Below, piece by piece: positions 32,944-41,680 of a stretch of 64,000 bases of DNA. Each line of letters starts with the position of its first letter. Positions within the stretch are counted from its first letter, which is position 1. The stretch is from a virus: the IMG/VR virus record IMGVR_UViG_3300035661_000037, positions 1 to 64,000 of that record. One strand, given 5' to 3'. The notes beneath the pieces are model-generated. The model did not search any database. It was given only the letters and a program-made list of their open reading frames with translations, and was not told the origin of the DNA. Made by a program: the position numbers and the translations under genes.

Positions 32944-35892
32944 ATGCTAAAATTCTTGCACGCCGTGTGGCCTGATACTGGCAATTACCTTGTAGCATAT
33001 CCGCTACCAAAAGATGAGTTTGGGCAAACAAAATATGCGCAGACATCTTTTTCTAATAAAGAGCTTGCGTATAATCAGGCAATACAGTGGTCTAAAGAAG
33101 GTAAGGATTCTTACTTCGCAGTAGGCTCTGTAGATAACCTTGGGCAATTTGCAAAACGCACTGGCTCAAATATGTTATCGTTTAAGGCGTTTATCGTTGA
33201 TATCGACTGCGGGCAAGATAAGTTTGATAAAGGTGATGGTTATCTAACACAGGATGATGCGTTTGAAGCGCTTAAGGTTTTCCTCGTAAAACTTAACTTA
33301 CCCAAACCAATTCTTGTAAACTCTGGCTATGGCTGGCATGTGTACTGGGCGCTAACCGAGGATATACCTTCCGAGCGCTGGGTAGCGGTTTCAAAAAAGT
33401 TTAAGCAAGTTATCTCACATTCAGGACTAATCGCAGATAAGACACGTACCGCTGACCGCGCTAGTGTTCTACGAGTGCCTAGTACCATAAACTATAAGCG
33501 TGATACGCAAGCACCCGTAACAGTCATGAAGTGGTCAGAGCCGTGTACGTTAGAAGATTTTGTACAACCTATACAAGACTATTTTGACGCCAATAACCTA
33601 GTTGAAGCAGAATCTCAGCAGCGTGAAGTTTTATCAGAAGATGTAGCACTTCTAAAACAGTTTGGGATCGAACAAACAATTTCTGAGTATCCGCCCGCAG
33701 ACTTTCAGCTAATACTCGAAGGCTGTCAGACGATGCAGTATGCCGCTGACAACAACGAACTGCTAAACTACGACCAGTGGTGTGCAGCATTATCAGTCGC
33801 TAATGCTTGCGAAGATTTTGAAGGTGCTGTCAAGCAGCTGTCAGAAAATCATCCTGACTATAACCAGTCAGTCGCAGAGCATAAGGCAGCAGAATTCTTA
33901 CCATCAACATGTGGCAGAATGCGCGACATATTTGCTAGTTGTGCTGGTTGTGAGAGGAGTAATAACTCACCTTATGGTATCGGGTTTTCTATGCCATCAG
34001 AACATACAATCGATGGGGTGTCGAAGGCGGTTAGTATTATGCCATTTGCAGGCGCTACAGTAGCCGATGAGTTTGGGGAGTTTGCAGAACAGCCTAACGG
34101 TGTGATGGTTGATGGCTTCGATATCGAATATCCAGCACCCTACATCCTGACTACTGGGGGGATACATGTAAAAGTGGAGGGTGACAAAAGTGATTATACA
34201 CTTACAATTTGCCAGTACCCTATTAGATTTGTTGCACGTACCTCAGATTTCGCACTAGGGGAAGACGTAGCAAAATTTCAGATATTGTTTCCGCAAGATG
34301 GCTGGAGAGATTTTACGCTCAAGTTGAGGGACACAGTTGATTCAAAAGGCGGCAAGGTATGCAGCGAACTGGCGTCACAAGGGTGTATAATACCTAGTAA
34401 AGAACAAAAGTATATGGGAGAGTTTGTGAGCGCGTATCTACAATCTATTATTAACAAAATGGCGGCGGCTAAGAACTATGCACAGCTTGGTTGGGCTGAC
34501 GATGGTAACGTATTTGTTCTGAGCGACAAGTCAGTAAATCTTGACGGTACCCATACACTGTCTGGAATGTCGTCTACTATCGCCCCTATCTCAAAAGCCA
34601 TGAAGAAGAGAGGCACTCTCGAAGATTGGTTGAAGGTTATCAACGTTTATGCCCGAGACGGCTATGAACCTTACGCATTTGGGCACTCTATAGCTTATGG
34701 AAGTCTTTTATTCCGCTTTACCGACTATGAAGGTGCCGTGGTGTCGTTGCTAGGTAACAGCGGTTCAGGCAAGTCAACAATCCTCAAGACTATCAACAGT
34801 GTGTTTGGGCATCCGAAAGACCTTATGCTTCAGCAGCGTGATAACGAGGTTGCCAAGTTTGTACAGATAGCAGCGATGAATAATATCGCACCTTGCTATG
34901 ATGAAATATCTAATATTGAGCCGAAAGAACTGTCTGACCTGTGCTACGGCATCTCGCAAGGACGTGACAAGCGCAGGGGTGCTCAGAAAGGCGGCTTACG
35001 CGATGATGAACTAACATGGTGCTGTATCATGCCAGTAACATCAAACCACAGTCTATATGAGCGTCTAGGAACTCTTAAATCGGATGCCAGTGCGGAGGCT
35101 ATGCGCGTGTTCGAGTATCATGTACGTACTGACCTGCATCAAATGGGTAAACGGGAGTCGCAAGATACGTTTGAACCCCTGTCTGATAATTATGGTCACG
35201 CTGGTGAGATATTCGTAACTTGGTTAATGCAGAATAAAACACATGCTAAAGAACGTGTAAAATACTGGTTTAACCGTTTTGACGAAGAGGCTAACGTGCC
35301 AAGCAACGAGCGCTACTGGTCAGCGATCGTAGGTGCGACATTGGCAGGTGCTGAAATGTCTGCGAAACTTGGTCTAAATACCTTCGATGTTGAAAAGCTA
35401 TTCAAGTTTTCATTGGAGCAAGTCGTAGTTGCCCGTGGCTCAGTCAACGATAATAAACGTTCACCATCGGCGCTATTAGTAGACTTTATGAACAGCCAGA
35501 TACGCTCTACAATCGTCTTGGGTGGGGGTACAGTCGATAAAGGTAAGGACTCCCCGTTATGGGTTAAGCAAGAGCCTAGCAATGGCTTACAGGTACGTAT
35601 AGAGATCGACAAGAACGTTGCATACGTCTCACGCGCGGCAATCAGGCGGTGGATAACTGAAGGTGGTGGCGACTATTTCGGAATCAGGGCTGAGTTGATG
35701 AACAAGAAGATACTGCTCAGTGAGAAGACTGATAAAGTGTTGTCGGCAGGATCTCAGACACTCAAGACTGGTCAGTTACCGTGCTGGTTAATTGACCTGA
35801 ACCATAGAGAGATGAGTGGCGGCGCACAGTTGCAGGTTATTAAACTTAGGCAGACTGATGAGAAAGTAGTTGCTAATGGCGATCCGTTTTGA
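32944..35892 (+). CDS. primase-helicase (AEP-type primase, DUF927, P-loop)
   Basis: DIDCG, NSGYGWHVYW, VLRVP.T.N, LGW, GNSGSGKST, YDE, TSN. Confidence 0.9.
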   Translation: MLKFLHAVWPDTGNYLVAYPLPKDEFGQTKYAQTSFSNKELAYNQAIQWSKEGKDSYFAVGSVDNLGQFAKRTGSNMLSFKAFIVDIDCGQDKFDKGDGYLTQDDAFEALKVFLVKLNLPKPILVNSGYGWHVYWALTEDIPSERWVAVSKKFKQVISHSGLIADKTRTADRASVLRVPSTINYKRDTQAPVTVMKWSEPCTLEDFVQPIQDYFDANNLVEAESQQREVLSEDVALLKQFGIEQTISEYPPADFQLILEGCQTMQYAADNNELLNYDQWCAALSVANACEDFEGAVKQLSENHPDYNQSVAEHKAAEFLPSTCGRMRDIFASCAGCERSNNSPYGIGFSMPSEHTIDGVSKAVSIMPFAGATVADEFGEFAEQPNGVMVDGFDIEYPAPYILTTGGIHVKVEGDKSDYTLTICQYPIRFVARTSDFALGEDVAKFQILFPQDGWRDFTLKLRDTVDSKGGKVCSELASQGCIIPSKEQKYMGEFVSAYLQSIINKMAAAKNYAQLGWADDGNVFVLSDKSVNLDGTHTLSGMSSTIAPISKAMKKRGTLEDWLKVINVYARDGYEPYAFGHSIAYGSLLFRFTDYEGAVVSLLGNSGSGKSTILKTINSVFGHPKDLMLQQRDNEVAKFVQIAAMNNIAPCYDEISNIEPKELSDLCYGISQGRDKRRGAQKGGLRDDELTWCCIMPVTSNHSLYERLGTLKSDASAEAMRVFEYHVRTDLHQMGKRESQDTFEPLSDNYGHAGEIFVTWLMQNKTHAKERVKYWFNRFDEEANVPSNERYWSAIVGATLAGAEMSAKLGLNTFDVEKLFKFSLEQVVVARGSVNDNKRSPSALLVDFMNSQIRSTIVLGGGTVDKGKDSPLWVKQEPSNGLQVRIEIDKNVAYVSRAAIRRWITEGGGDYFGIRAELMNKKILLSEKTDKVLSAGSQTLKTGQLPCWLIDLNHREMSGGAQLQVIKLRQTDEKVVANGDPF

Positions 35893-36633
35893 GTACATTT
35901 AAGCTAAAACAAGGCGACACCCTTGAACTGATGGCTACACTACCTGATAAGTGTGTTGATATGATTCTGTGCGACCTACCGTATGGTACAACTGCATGTA
36001 AGTGGGACACTGTGATACCATTTGAACCATTGTGGGAGCAGTATAAGCGGCTATGCAAAGGGAGTATTGTTTTATTTTCATCGCAGCCATTCACTACAGA
36101 ACTCATACATTCTAATTTGGGGGGGCTATAGATACTCTTGGGTCTGGAATAAGAATTTTTCCACTAATTTTTTACACGCCTCAAGAATGCCCCTGCGTAA
36201 TACCGAGGACATTTGTATATTCGGGAAAGGTACTTACAATCCTCAAAAGACTGACGGGCACATACCCACACAATCGGCAATAGGGGCATCCAATGGCGTA
36301 CTCTACCACGGAAAAAATAAGCGTAACTATGTTGGAGGAGATACCACCAGATTCCCTACAACACTTTTAGAATTTGATGCGCACGACCCAAAAAATAGAC
36401 AACACCCAACCCAAAAGCCCGTACCTCTCTGCGAGTATCTTATCAAGACCTACACCAACGCAGGCGAGTGGGTGCTAGATAACACAATGGGCAGTGGTAC
36501 AACTGGCGTGGCTTGCATGAATACCGGAAGGAACTTCATCGGCATCAAGCGAGACGACAAGTATTTTGAGATTGCTAAGGCACGGATAACGGAAGCAAGT
36601 GAGAAAGTAGTTGCTAATGGCGATCCGTTTTGA
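35860..36633 (+). repeat. 33-bp exact direct repeat flanking the amino-MTase
   Basis: GAGAAAGTAGTTGCTAATGGCGATCCGTTTTGA at 35860-35892 and 36601-36633. Confidence 0.95.
35889..36633 (+). pseudogene. N6A/N4C (beta-class) DNA methyltransferase frameshifted at a G7 tract
   Basis: DLPYG in 35889-36131; HPTQKP and MGSGTTG in the next frame; removing one G at 36119-36125 fuses them. Confidence 0.85.
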
Positions 36634-36676
36634 TAAGATTGAAATGTTAGTAAATTTTAGTAAAGTTTGATAGTTT

Positions 36677-36753
36677 TGCTGGTATCCCGATTAGGTAGCT
36701 CGGCATGAGCGTAAGTTTCCAAATTAGTCTATTATAGGCCATACCAGCACCCA
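36677..36753 (+). ncRNA. tRNA-like element (acceptor stem and CCA, non-canonical interior)
   Basis: TGCTGGTAT...ATACCAGCA-CCCA; no T-arm consensus. Confidence 0.35.
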
Positions 36754-36758
36754 TTTAA

Positions 36759-36832
36759 GACTTGTTAGCACAAGGGTAGTGCGGCGGCGTTCAAAGTCGT
36801 TTATCGCAGTTCGATTCTGTGGCTCGTCTCCA
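36759..36832 (+). tRNA. atypical tRNA with UCA anticodon (Cys-like body; opal suppressor or pseudo-tRNA)
   Basis: D-stem GCAC/GTGC, GCGGC-GTTCAAA-GTCGT, CGCAG-TTCGATT-CTGTG, U73, CCA; two acceptor mismatches. Confidence 0.6.
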
Positions 36833-36867
36833 ATTTTTCTGTGTAGTGTTAAGGAAGTCACCTACCA

Positions 36868-37086
36868 CTATTTACTCAAGCAAGCCCTGCGACACTCACG
36901 GTACTGCCCACCAAGTTCCTGAACCTTCAAGATATGCCCGCCGAATGTAGCATCGGTTAGCGGAGTAGGTTCAGGGCAAGAAACAGTAGACAACGACTTA
37001 TCAACACAGTCGAGCTGAGTAGGGGATTTTAGGAACCACCCCCCGCCAAAGCCCAATGCCAATGATAATAACAATATTATTTCCAT
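36868..37086 (-). CDS. o-spanin-like (Rz1-like) protein
   Basis: CPEPTPL...YRECR; overlaps the i-spanin end; lipobox non-canonical. Confidence 0.6.
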   Translation of the reverse strand: MEIILLLSLALGFGGGWFLKSPTQLDCVDKSLSTVSCPEPTPLTDATFGGHILKVQELGGQYRECRRACLSK

Positions 37087-37379
37087 GCTGCCCCCATTAT
37101 AGCTTTATTGGTCAAGTCCATCATCGTAGTATCGGCAGCACATTCACGATATTGTACTTCTGTATTAATTTTCTCAAGAGTTTTATTATATATCGTCTTG
37201 TTCTCAACTTTTATCTTAGCTATCTCAGTTGCCGCCGAAGCCGCTGCAACGTCTCGAACACGCTCTAGTTTTAGGTCTACACTGTCTTCGTAAAGTCCTC
37301 TTGTGTACCATCCAGAGGCTACTAGAAGGAGTATCAAAGCTAACCCTAGCACATATTTTATTTGCTCGGTCACGATCAA
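37077..37379 (-). CDS. i-spanin (Rz-like)
   Basis: N-terminal TM, coiled coil, YREC; lysis-cassette position. Confidence 0.7.
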   Translation of the reverse strand: MIVTEQIKYVLGLALILLLVASGWYTRGLYEDSVDLKLERVRDVAAASAATEIAKIKVENKTIYNKTLEKINTEVQYRECAADTTMMDLTNKAIMGAAWK

Positions 37380-37720
37380 CCTTTTGGATTATTGCCTTCA
37401 GAATCGAAAGCATAGCCGACAGCTATAAACATACCCGCCATTAGTAGAGCTTCTATATTTATAGAGTTGCTATTAGCAAATTGTTGCCACAATACTTGAG
37501 GATTTACCCAATCACCAATACCGGCCTGACATGTCAGAAGTGTTGAGCCGAATATACCGAATAATTTAGCACCCTGCTTCTTTTTATCACCGAATACAAG
37601 ATATGTAAAGAATGAAACCCCAGTGCGCTTTGAGCTTCTTAAATTAAACCAGTGGCGTAGTACGCCAATGTACTGTAGAGCTAGAACAATCAGAAACGAT
37701 ACTATACTTATGTCTTTCAT
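37376..37720 (-). CDS. putative holin
   Basis: 2-3 TM segments between endolysin and spanins; ATGA-type overlaps. Confidence 0.55.
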   Translation of the reverse strand: MKDISIVSFLIVLALQYIGVLRHWFNLRSSKRTGVSFFTYLVFGDKKKQGAKLFGIFGSTLLTCQAGIGDWVNPQVLWQQFANSNSINIEALLMAGMFIAVGYAFDSEGNNPKG

Positions 37721-38163
37721 TTTGGCAAACCTTCCACAGTCCAATAAATATGCTCACCACGACTAGCAGCTTGCTCCATTTTCTCATAGAGCGCATCCCG
37801 TGCAGTACGACTTCCTGACACCTCGCCATGAGTTTCGTCTCGTTCTTTGCCTGTTATAAGGCAGCCTTCTGTATCGTGGGAAGTATTCCCTGGATGAATC
37901 CGAATACCAGCATACCCCGCAACATTAGTAACCTCCCACATCAACTGAGACCACCTACCACTCCAAGTTTTCTTGACTTCATAAGTACCTACAGGGATTG
38001 CAGTCTCATTCTTAACCTTCCACTGAGCAACGGGGGTACCTGTAATTTCCCTGACCGTATCTTCAAGAATATATGGGCAGCCTTTAAACCACACATCATC
38101 TATAAATAGTTTACTTAGTGTGAAGTCTTGTCCAAAGTTATAGCGGGTTTGAGTAATTTTCAT
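37717..38163 (-). CDS. putative endolysin (DUF5675-like)
   Basis: LED...TAIPVGTY...GIRIHPGN...TEGCLITG; likely start MKITQTR. Confidence 0.8.
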   Translation of the reverse strand: MKITQTRYNFGQDFTLSKLFIDDVWFKGCPYILEDTVREITGTPVAQWKVKNETAIPVGTYEVKKTWSGRWSQLMWEVTNVAGYAGIRIHPGNTSHDTEGCLITGKERDETHGEVSGSRTARDALYEKMEQAASRGEHIYWTVEGLPK

Positions 38164-38266
38164 TTTTTTTGTCACAATGTGATTTATCGAAAGGGGTGAG
38201 TCAATTTTTGCGGAACTACTGTGAAAACCAGTGGATCCATACTTATGTCTGAAATTATTATATTTG

Positions 38267-38761
38267 TTACCATACCACAGCTTGAACCGCTGCCGCTGTT
38301 GTAGCTTCATTTATGGTAGTCACCAGATCAAGCAACTTCGCGGATAAGGATTGATAAGTAGTTGCACCATCAACTAAAACCTGCTTGATTTGCGCTGCTG
38401 TGTGTAGGGGTCTGCTCCAAACTCCGGCAGTATCTTTAGCCCAGAACTTAACAGGAAGTCCTGAAGCAACCGCACCAATTAAATTAGTTTGGTCGTTGTG
38501 TTTGCTTGGATAAGTGTAACCTGCACCAAGGGCGATTGATGTAAAACCTGAGAGAATTTCAGCCCCACACGCGGCTGTCAAGATTGCTATCTGTGTAGCT
38601 TTGATATCATCCAGTGTTGGAACGTCAACGGGTATTGGTATGTAGCCGTCTGATAGCAAAGTAAGGTATTCTCGGTAATCACTATTCGCTGGGTCAGTTG
38701 GAATGCTTGCGTTATCTGATAGACGGGTGATTGTTGTTGAGTTTTGGTTTAGCTTGTACAT
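38267..38761 (-). CDS. tail fibre-associated protein (DUF4376-like)
   Basis: IPTDPANSDY; GFTS.ALG..YTYPS...DQTNL; HTAAQIKQV. Confidence 0.75.
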   Translation of the reverse strand: MYKLNQNSTTITRLSDNASIPTDPANSDYREYLTLLSDGYIPIPVDVPTLDDIKATQIAILTAACGAEILSGFTSIALGAGYTYPSKHNDQTNLIGAVASGLPVKFWAKDTAGVWSRPLHTAAQIKQVLVDGATTYQSLSAKLLDLVTTINEATTAAAVQAVVW

Positions 38762-38770
38762 GATGTGTCC

Positions 38771-39943
38771 TTATAGTTCCGAAGACGCGTCCCAATCAAA
38801 GTCGTTTGTGGACTGATTTGGACCGGACCCTGCGGCCGCGACAATAAAGCTAAACTGAGATATTGTAGCAGATATACCAGATACTGCTGGCGCAGACCCT
38901 GCGACATTGATAACATTAGCGGTTCCCGCCCTCCACACCCTAACTGTAGGCGCCGCTCTTTTTACAACCTTATATGATTGGAAAAAATTGTTAATAGCCC
39001 CAAGAGTATACGACCCACTTGAAAAACCCGCCGCCGCTGCTTGCAAATAAGTATTTGTACCAGATGTTTCATAATATCTCTGACACAAAGTAAGCTCTAA
39101 CCCATAAGGTCGTTGCTCAAATGTAGTAGCAAGAGGCCCCGCTTCAATCTGCACCCCTGTTAGATAAAAAGTCGCTCCAGAAGTTCCGACAATAGATACG
39201 CACCCAGAAGAACCCTGCCAGTTATTAGTTGACCACGAACCAGAAGTACCAGTATTACCGGAACCAATCCCAAGACCGAAACGTAATTGAAGCCCAACAC
39301 CTGTAGATGAGTCATAAGCAGTAGCACCAGTATCGCCCGGAATAGTTATTGTTTTAAACTCCCAAGTGTTAGCCGCCGATATTGTATATGCTTGCGGGTA
39401 GCTCCTAACGTTACCACTAGAGCTACCCCCTACTAATGCAAAGCTATGGGAGCCTGTTATGCTGGAATAAACCCAAAATGATACAGTTACGGTTTTAGCA
39501 CCAGATGTACCGAAAGCTAAATCTGCTATGGCATACCCCTCTACTGGCTGCTTAACCAAAAAAATGTCTGATGATATGACGCTGTAACTTGACAGCGATG
39601 TCATCCCCATATATTTTGAGAACCCCACAGGAGGGGTTACTGCACCAGCATTCTGCCCTATTTTAAATTTACTAGCAGTGGTTAGAGTAGCTTGCCACCT
39701 GTCAAGGTAATATGCTGACGATACGGCGGGGTTAATCTCTACCCCAGAATTCCTCTGGTCAATAACCATACCAGCATTAATAACCTTATTCCGAAACCCA
39801 AACAATTGAGAGCCTGCTATGGCTTGGGTTTGCGAAGTCGCTGCTGCTACTGAGAATTGTTTAGTAGTATCCCCACTAAAGTTAGCATCCAACTCATCCC
39901 AAGTAAGGTTAGAGCCTTTTACTGCGCGTGATGTTACTGCCAT
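38771..39943 (-). CDS. tail fibre/receptor-binding-type protein
   Basis: RNKVINAGM.IDQR, TGVQIEAG..AT.FEQRP...EL.LCQRYY. Confidence 0.8.
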   Translation of the reverse strand: MAVTSRAVKGSNLTWDELDANFSGDTTKQFSVAAATSQTQAIAGSQLFGFRNKVINAGMVIDQRNSGVEINPAVSSAYYLDRWQATLTTASKFKIGQNAGAVTPPVGFSKYMGMTSLSSYSVISSDIFLVKQPVEGYAIADLAFGTSGAKTVTVSFWVYSSITGSHSFALVGGSSSGNVRSYPQAYTISAANTWEFKTITIPGDTGATAYDSSTGVGLQLRFGLGIGSGNTGTSGSWSTNNWQGSSGCVSIVGTSGATFYLTGVQIEAGPLATTFEQRPYGLELTLCQRYYETSGTNTYLQAAAAGFSSGSYTLGAINNFFQSYKVVKRAAPTVRVWRAGTANVINVAGSAPAVSGISATISQFSFIVAAAGSGPNQSTNDFDWDASSEL

Positions 39944-40015
39944 AGTTATCTTTCTTTACAATTATAATTACATTGTGTATAATGTGTACTCTTACAGGGG
40001 GTGTCTATGAAAACT

Positions 40016-41638
40016 TTAGTATGTATAAGATATCCCGACATTCCCAGAAAGGGCCACTGACCCAGCAAGCGTAGTTATCGTGATCGATGATAATTCACCT
40101 ACGTCTGGCGATTTTCCGACATAGCGATCAATGTACAAAGTTCCAGTGCTGGTTACTTTGGTTCCATTCATCTGCCACGTACCATCAAATGTATTTTTTT
40201 CTAGTATCATCATTCCATGCCAAGTAAAGCCAGTACCACAGAGCATATTAAACCCATTTGTAGCAGTTTCGTTAGCGACACCTATAATTTCCCAAACCGA
40301 GAAATACCCACTAGTTACCCCATTCAGCCTGATTCTGTAACTAGTGTCAACGCCAGACGCAGTAAGCCCTGAGAAGGACAATGCGACCTTCTTCGGCCCT
40401 AAGCCTGACTCTGAGTTAACAGAAAGAGAGAACTGTACAGATGCACTGCCACCAAGCGGCCCTGAAGTGTATCGCGTGCTGGGGTTAGTACCAGAGTAAA
40501 CACGCTGATTGCCATCAAATATTGGACCAGCTTTTATTGACCCATCAGACGATCTGATGGTGACGTTTGCAGACGAATAAATGGTATTATCGCCGCCAGC
40601 CTTGTTATTCCAGCAAGTCTGATAGTAGGCCGTATCGGTTCTGTTTGGGATGGATATTACGCCACTTGCAGTAGTGGCAGTAGTAGCAGTAGTAGCATTA
40701 CCGCCAATGCTTAACCCTGCTGCTGTACCAGTAAAATTAGTACCAACCAATGCTGGCGTGTCGTTTGCATAAACTGCGTCACCATCTGAAATGGCAGTGT
40801 TCAACTGCGCTTTAGTAAACGATCCGAGAATAGTAGCATTGCCTGTAGAGGTTACATGCCCTGTCAAGTTAGCATTAGTCACCACCGTCGCAGCGTTACC
40901 TACCGAAGTCACGCCACCCGTCAAGTTAGCATTAGTAACTACAGTAGCCGCATTACCGACCGAAGTCACGCCACCAGTTAAGTTAGCATTGGTCACCACA
41001 GTCGCTGCATTACCAACCGAAGTCACGCCCCCCGTCAAGTTAGCATTTGTTGTTACCGTAGCTGCTCTACCAGAAGTGCTTATAGCCCAAGTAGTTGTCA
41101 AACCACTTAGATATGCCTCCATCGTTGTTTTAATGTTCGCCCACGTAGTGCTTCTGAGCAACGTACTAACCGTGTCCCACATACCAAACTTATCGGTATC
41201 TACTGGGGTAGTCTTGCCAGTAGCGGCAGCAATATCGGCAGCAATATCGGCAGGGGCGGCTGACAAACTTATCTGCCATGTTCCGATAGTACCGCTTCCG
41301 CGAGAACTTTTACTACTTACAACAAGAGATGTTCCGCTGTAAGTAGTAACCTGTACCACCATTGAGTTTGTAGCTGGGGCGGTGGTGTCAGCAAAAACTA
41401 AGTACATACCAGGCAGGAAAGATTTACCCGCTGTCACCACAAATGTTTTGGTCCCCAAACCTATTAAAACGCTAGACGAACTTGAGTCCGTCGTGCTGTT
41501 TAAATCTAAGGCCGCTGCGGTAGCGTTAAGCTCCGACTGAAATACAGGAAGCGCACCTAAGAACGCATCTGCCGCAGTTACAAACGCCTCACTGGTCATT
41601 GATCTTGCTGGCGGTGTTGGTAGTGGTGTAATTGCCAT
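40016..41638 (-). CDS. tail fibre protein with 19-aa repeats
   Basis: ITPLPTPP.R N-terminus; ATVVTNANLTGGVTSVGNA x4 (57-bp period). Confidence 0.8.
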   Translation of the reverse strand: MAITPLPTPPARSMTSEAFVTAADAFLGALPVFQSELNATAAALDLNSTTDSSSSSVLIGLGTKTFVVTAGKSFLPGMYLVFADTTAPATNSMVVQVTTYSGTSLVVSSKSSRGSGTIGTWQISLSAAPADIAADIAAATGKTTPVDTDKFGMWDTVSTLLRSTTWANIKTTMEAYLSGLTTTWAISTSGRAATVTTNANLTGGVTSVGNAATVVTNANLTGGVTSVGNAATVVTNANLTGGVTSVGNAATVVTNANLTGHVTSTGNATILGSFTKAQLNTAISDGDAVYANDTPALVGTNFTGTAAGLSIGGNATTATTATTASGVISIPNRTDTAYYQTCWNNKAGGDNTIYSSANVTIRSSDGSIKAGPIFDGNQRVYSGTNPSTRYTSGPLGGSASVQFSLSVNSESGLGPKKVALSFSGLTASGVDTSYRIRLNGVTSGYFSVWEIIGVANETATNGFNMLCGTGFTWHGMMILEKNTFDGTWQMNGTKVTSTGTLYIDRYVGKSPDVGELSSITITTLAGSVALSGNVGISYTY

Positions 41639-41680
41639 ATAGCCCTCTTAAATTACCTACTATATATCATGTATATTTTA

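Noticed and set aside
36759-36832. tRNA-Sec or genome-wide UGA recoding
   Set aside because: No long variable arm or extended acceptor stem; long genes are intact in code 11 and many end in TGA with ATGA overlaps.
38164-38310. N-terminal extension of the endolysin in the ORF track
   Set aside because: Overlaps the upstream gene and lacks family features; ATG at 38163 is more plausible.
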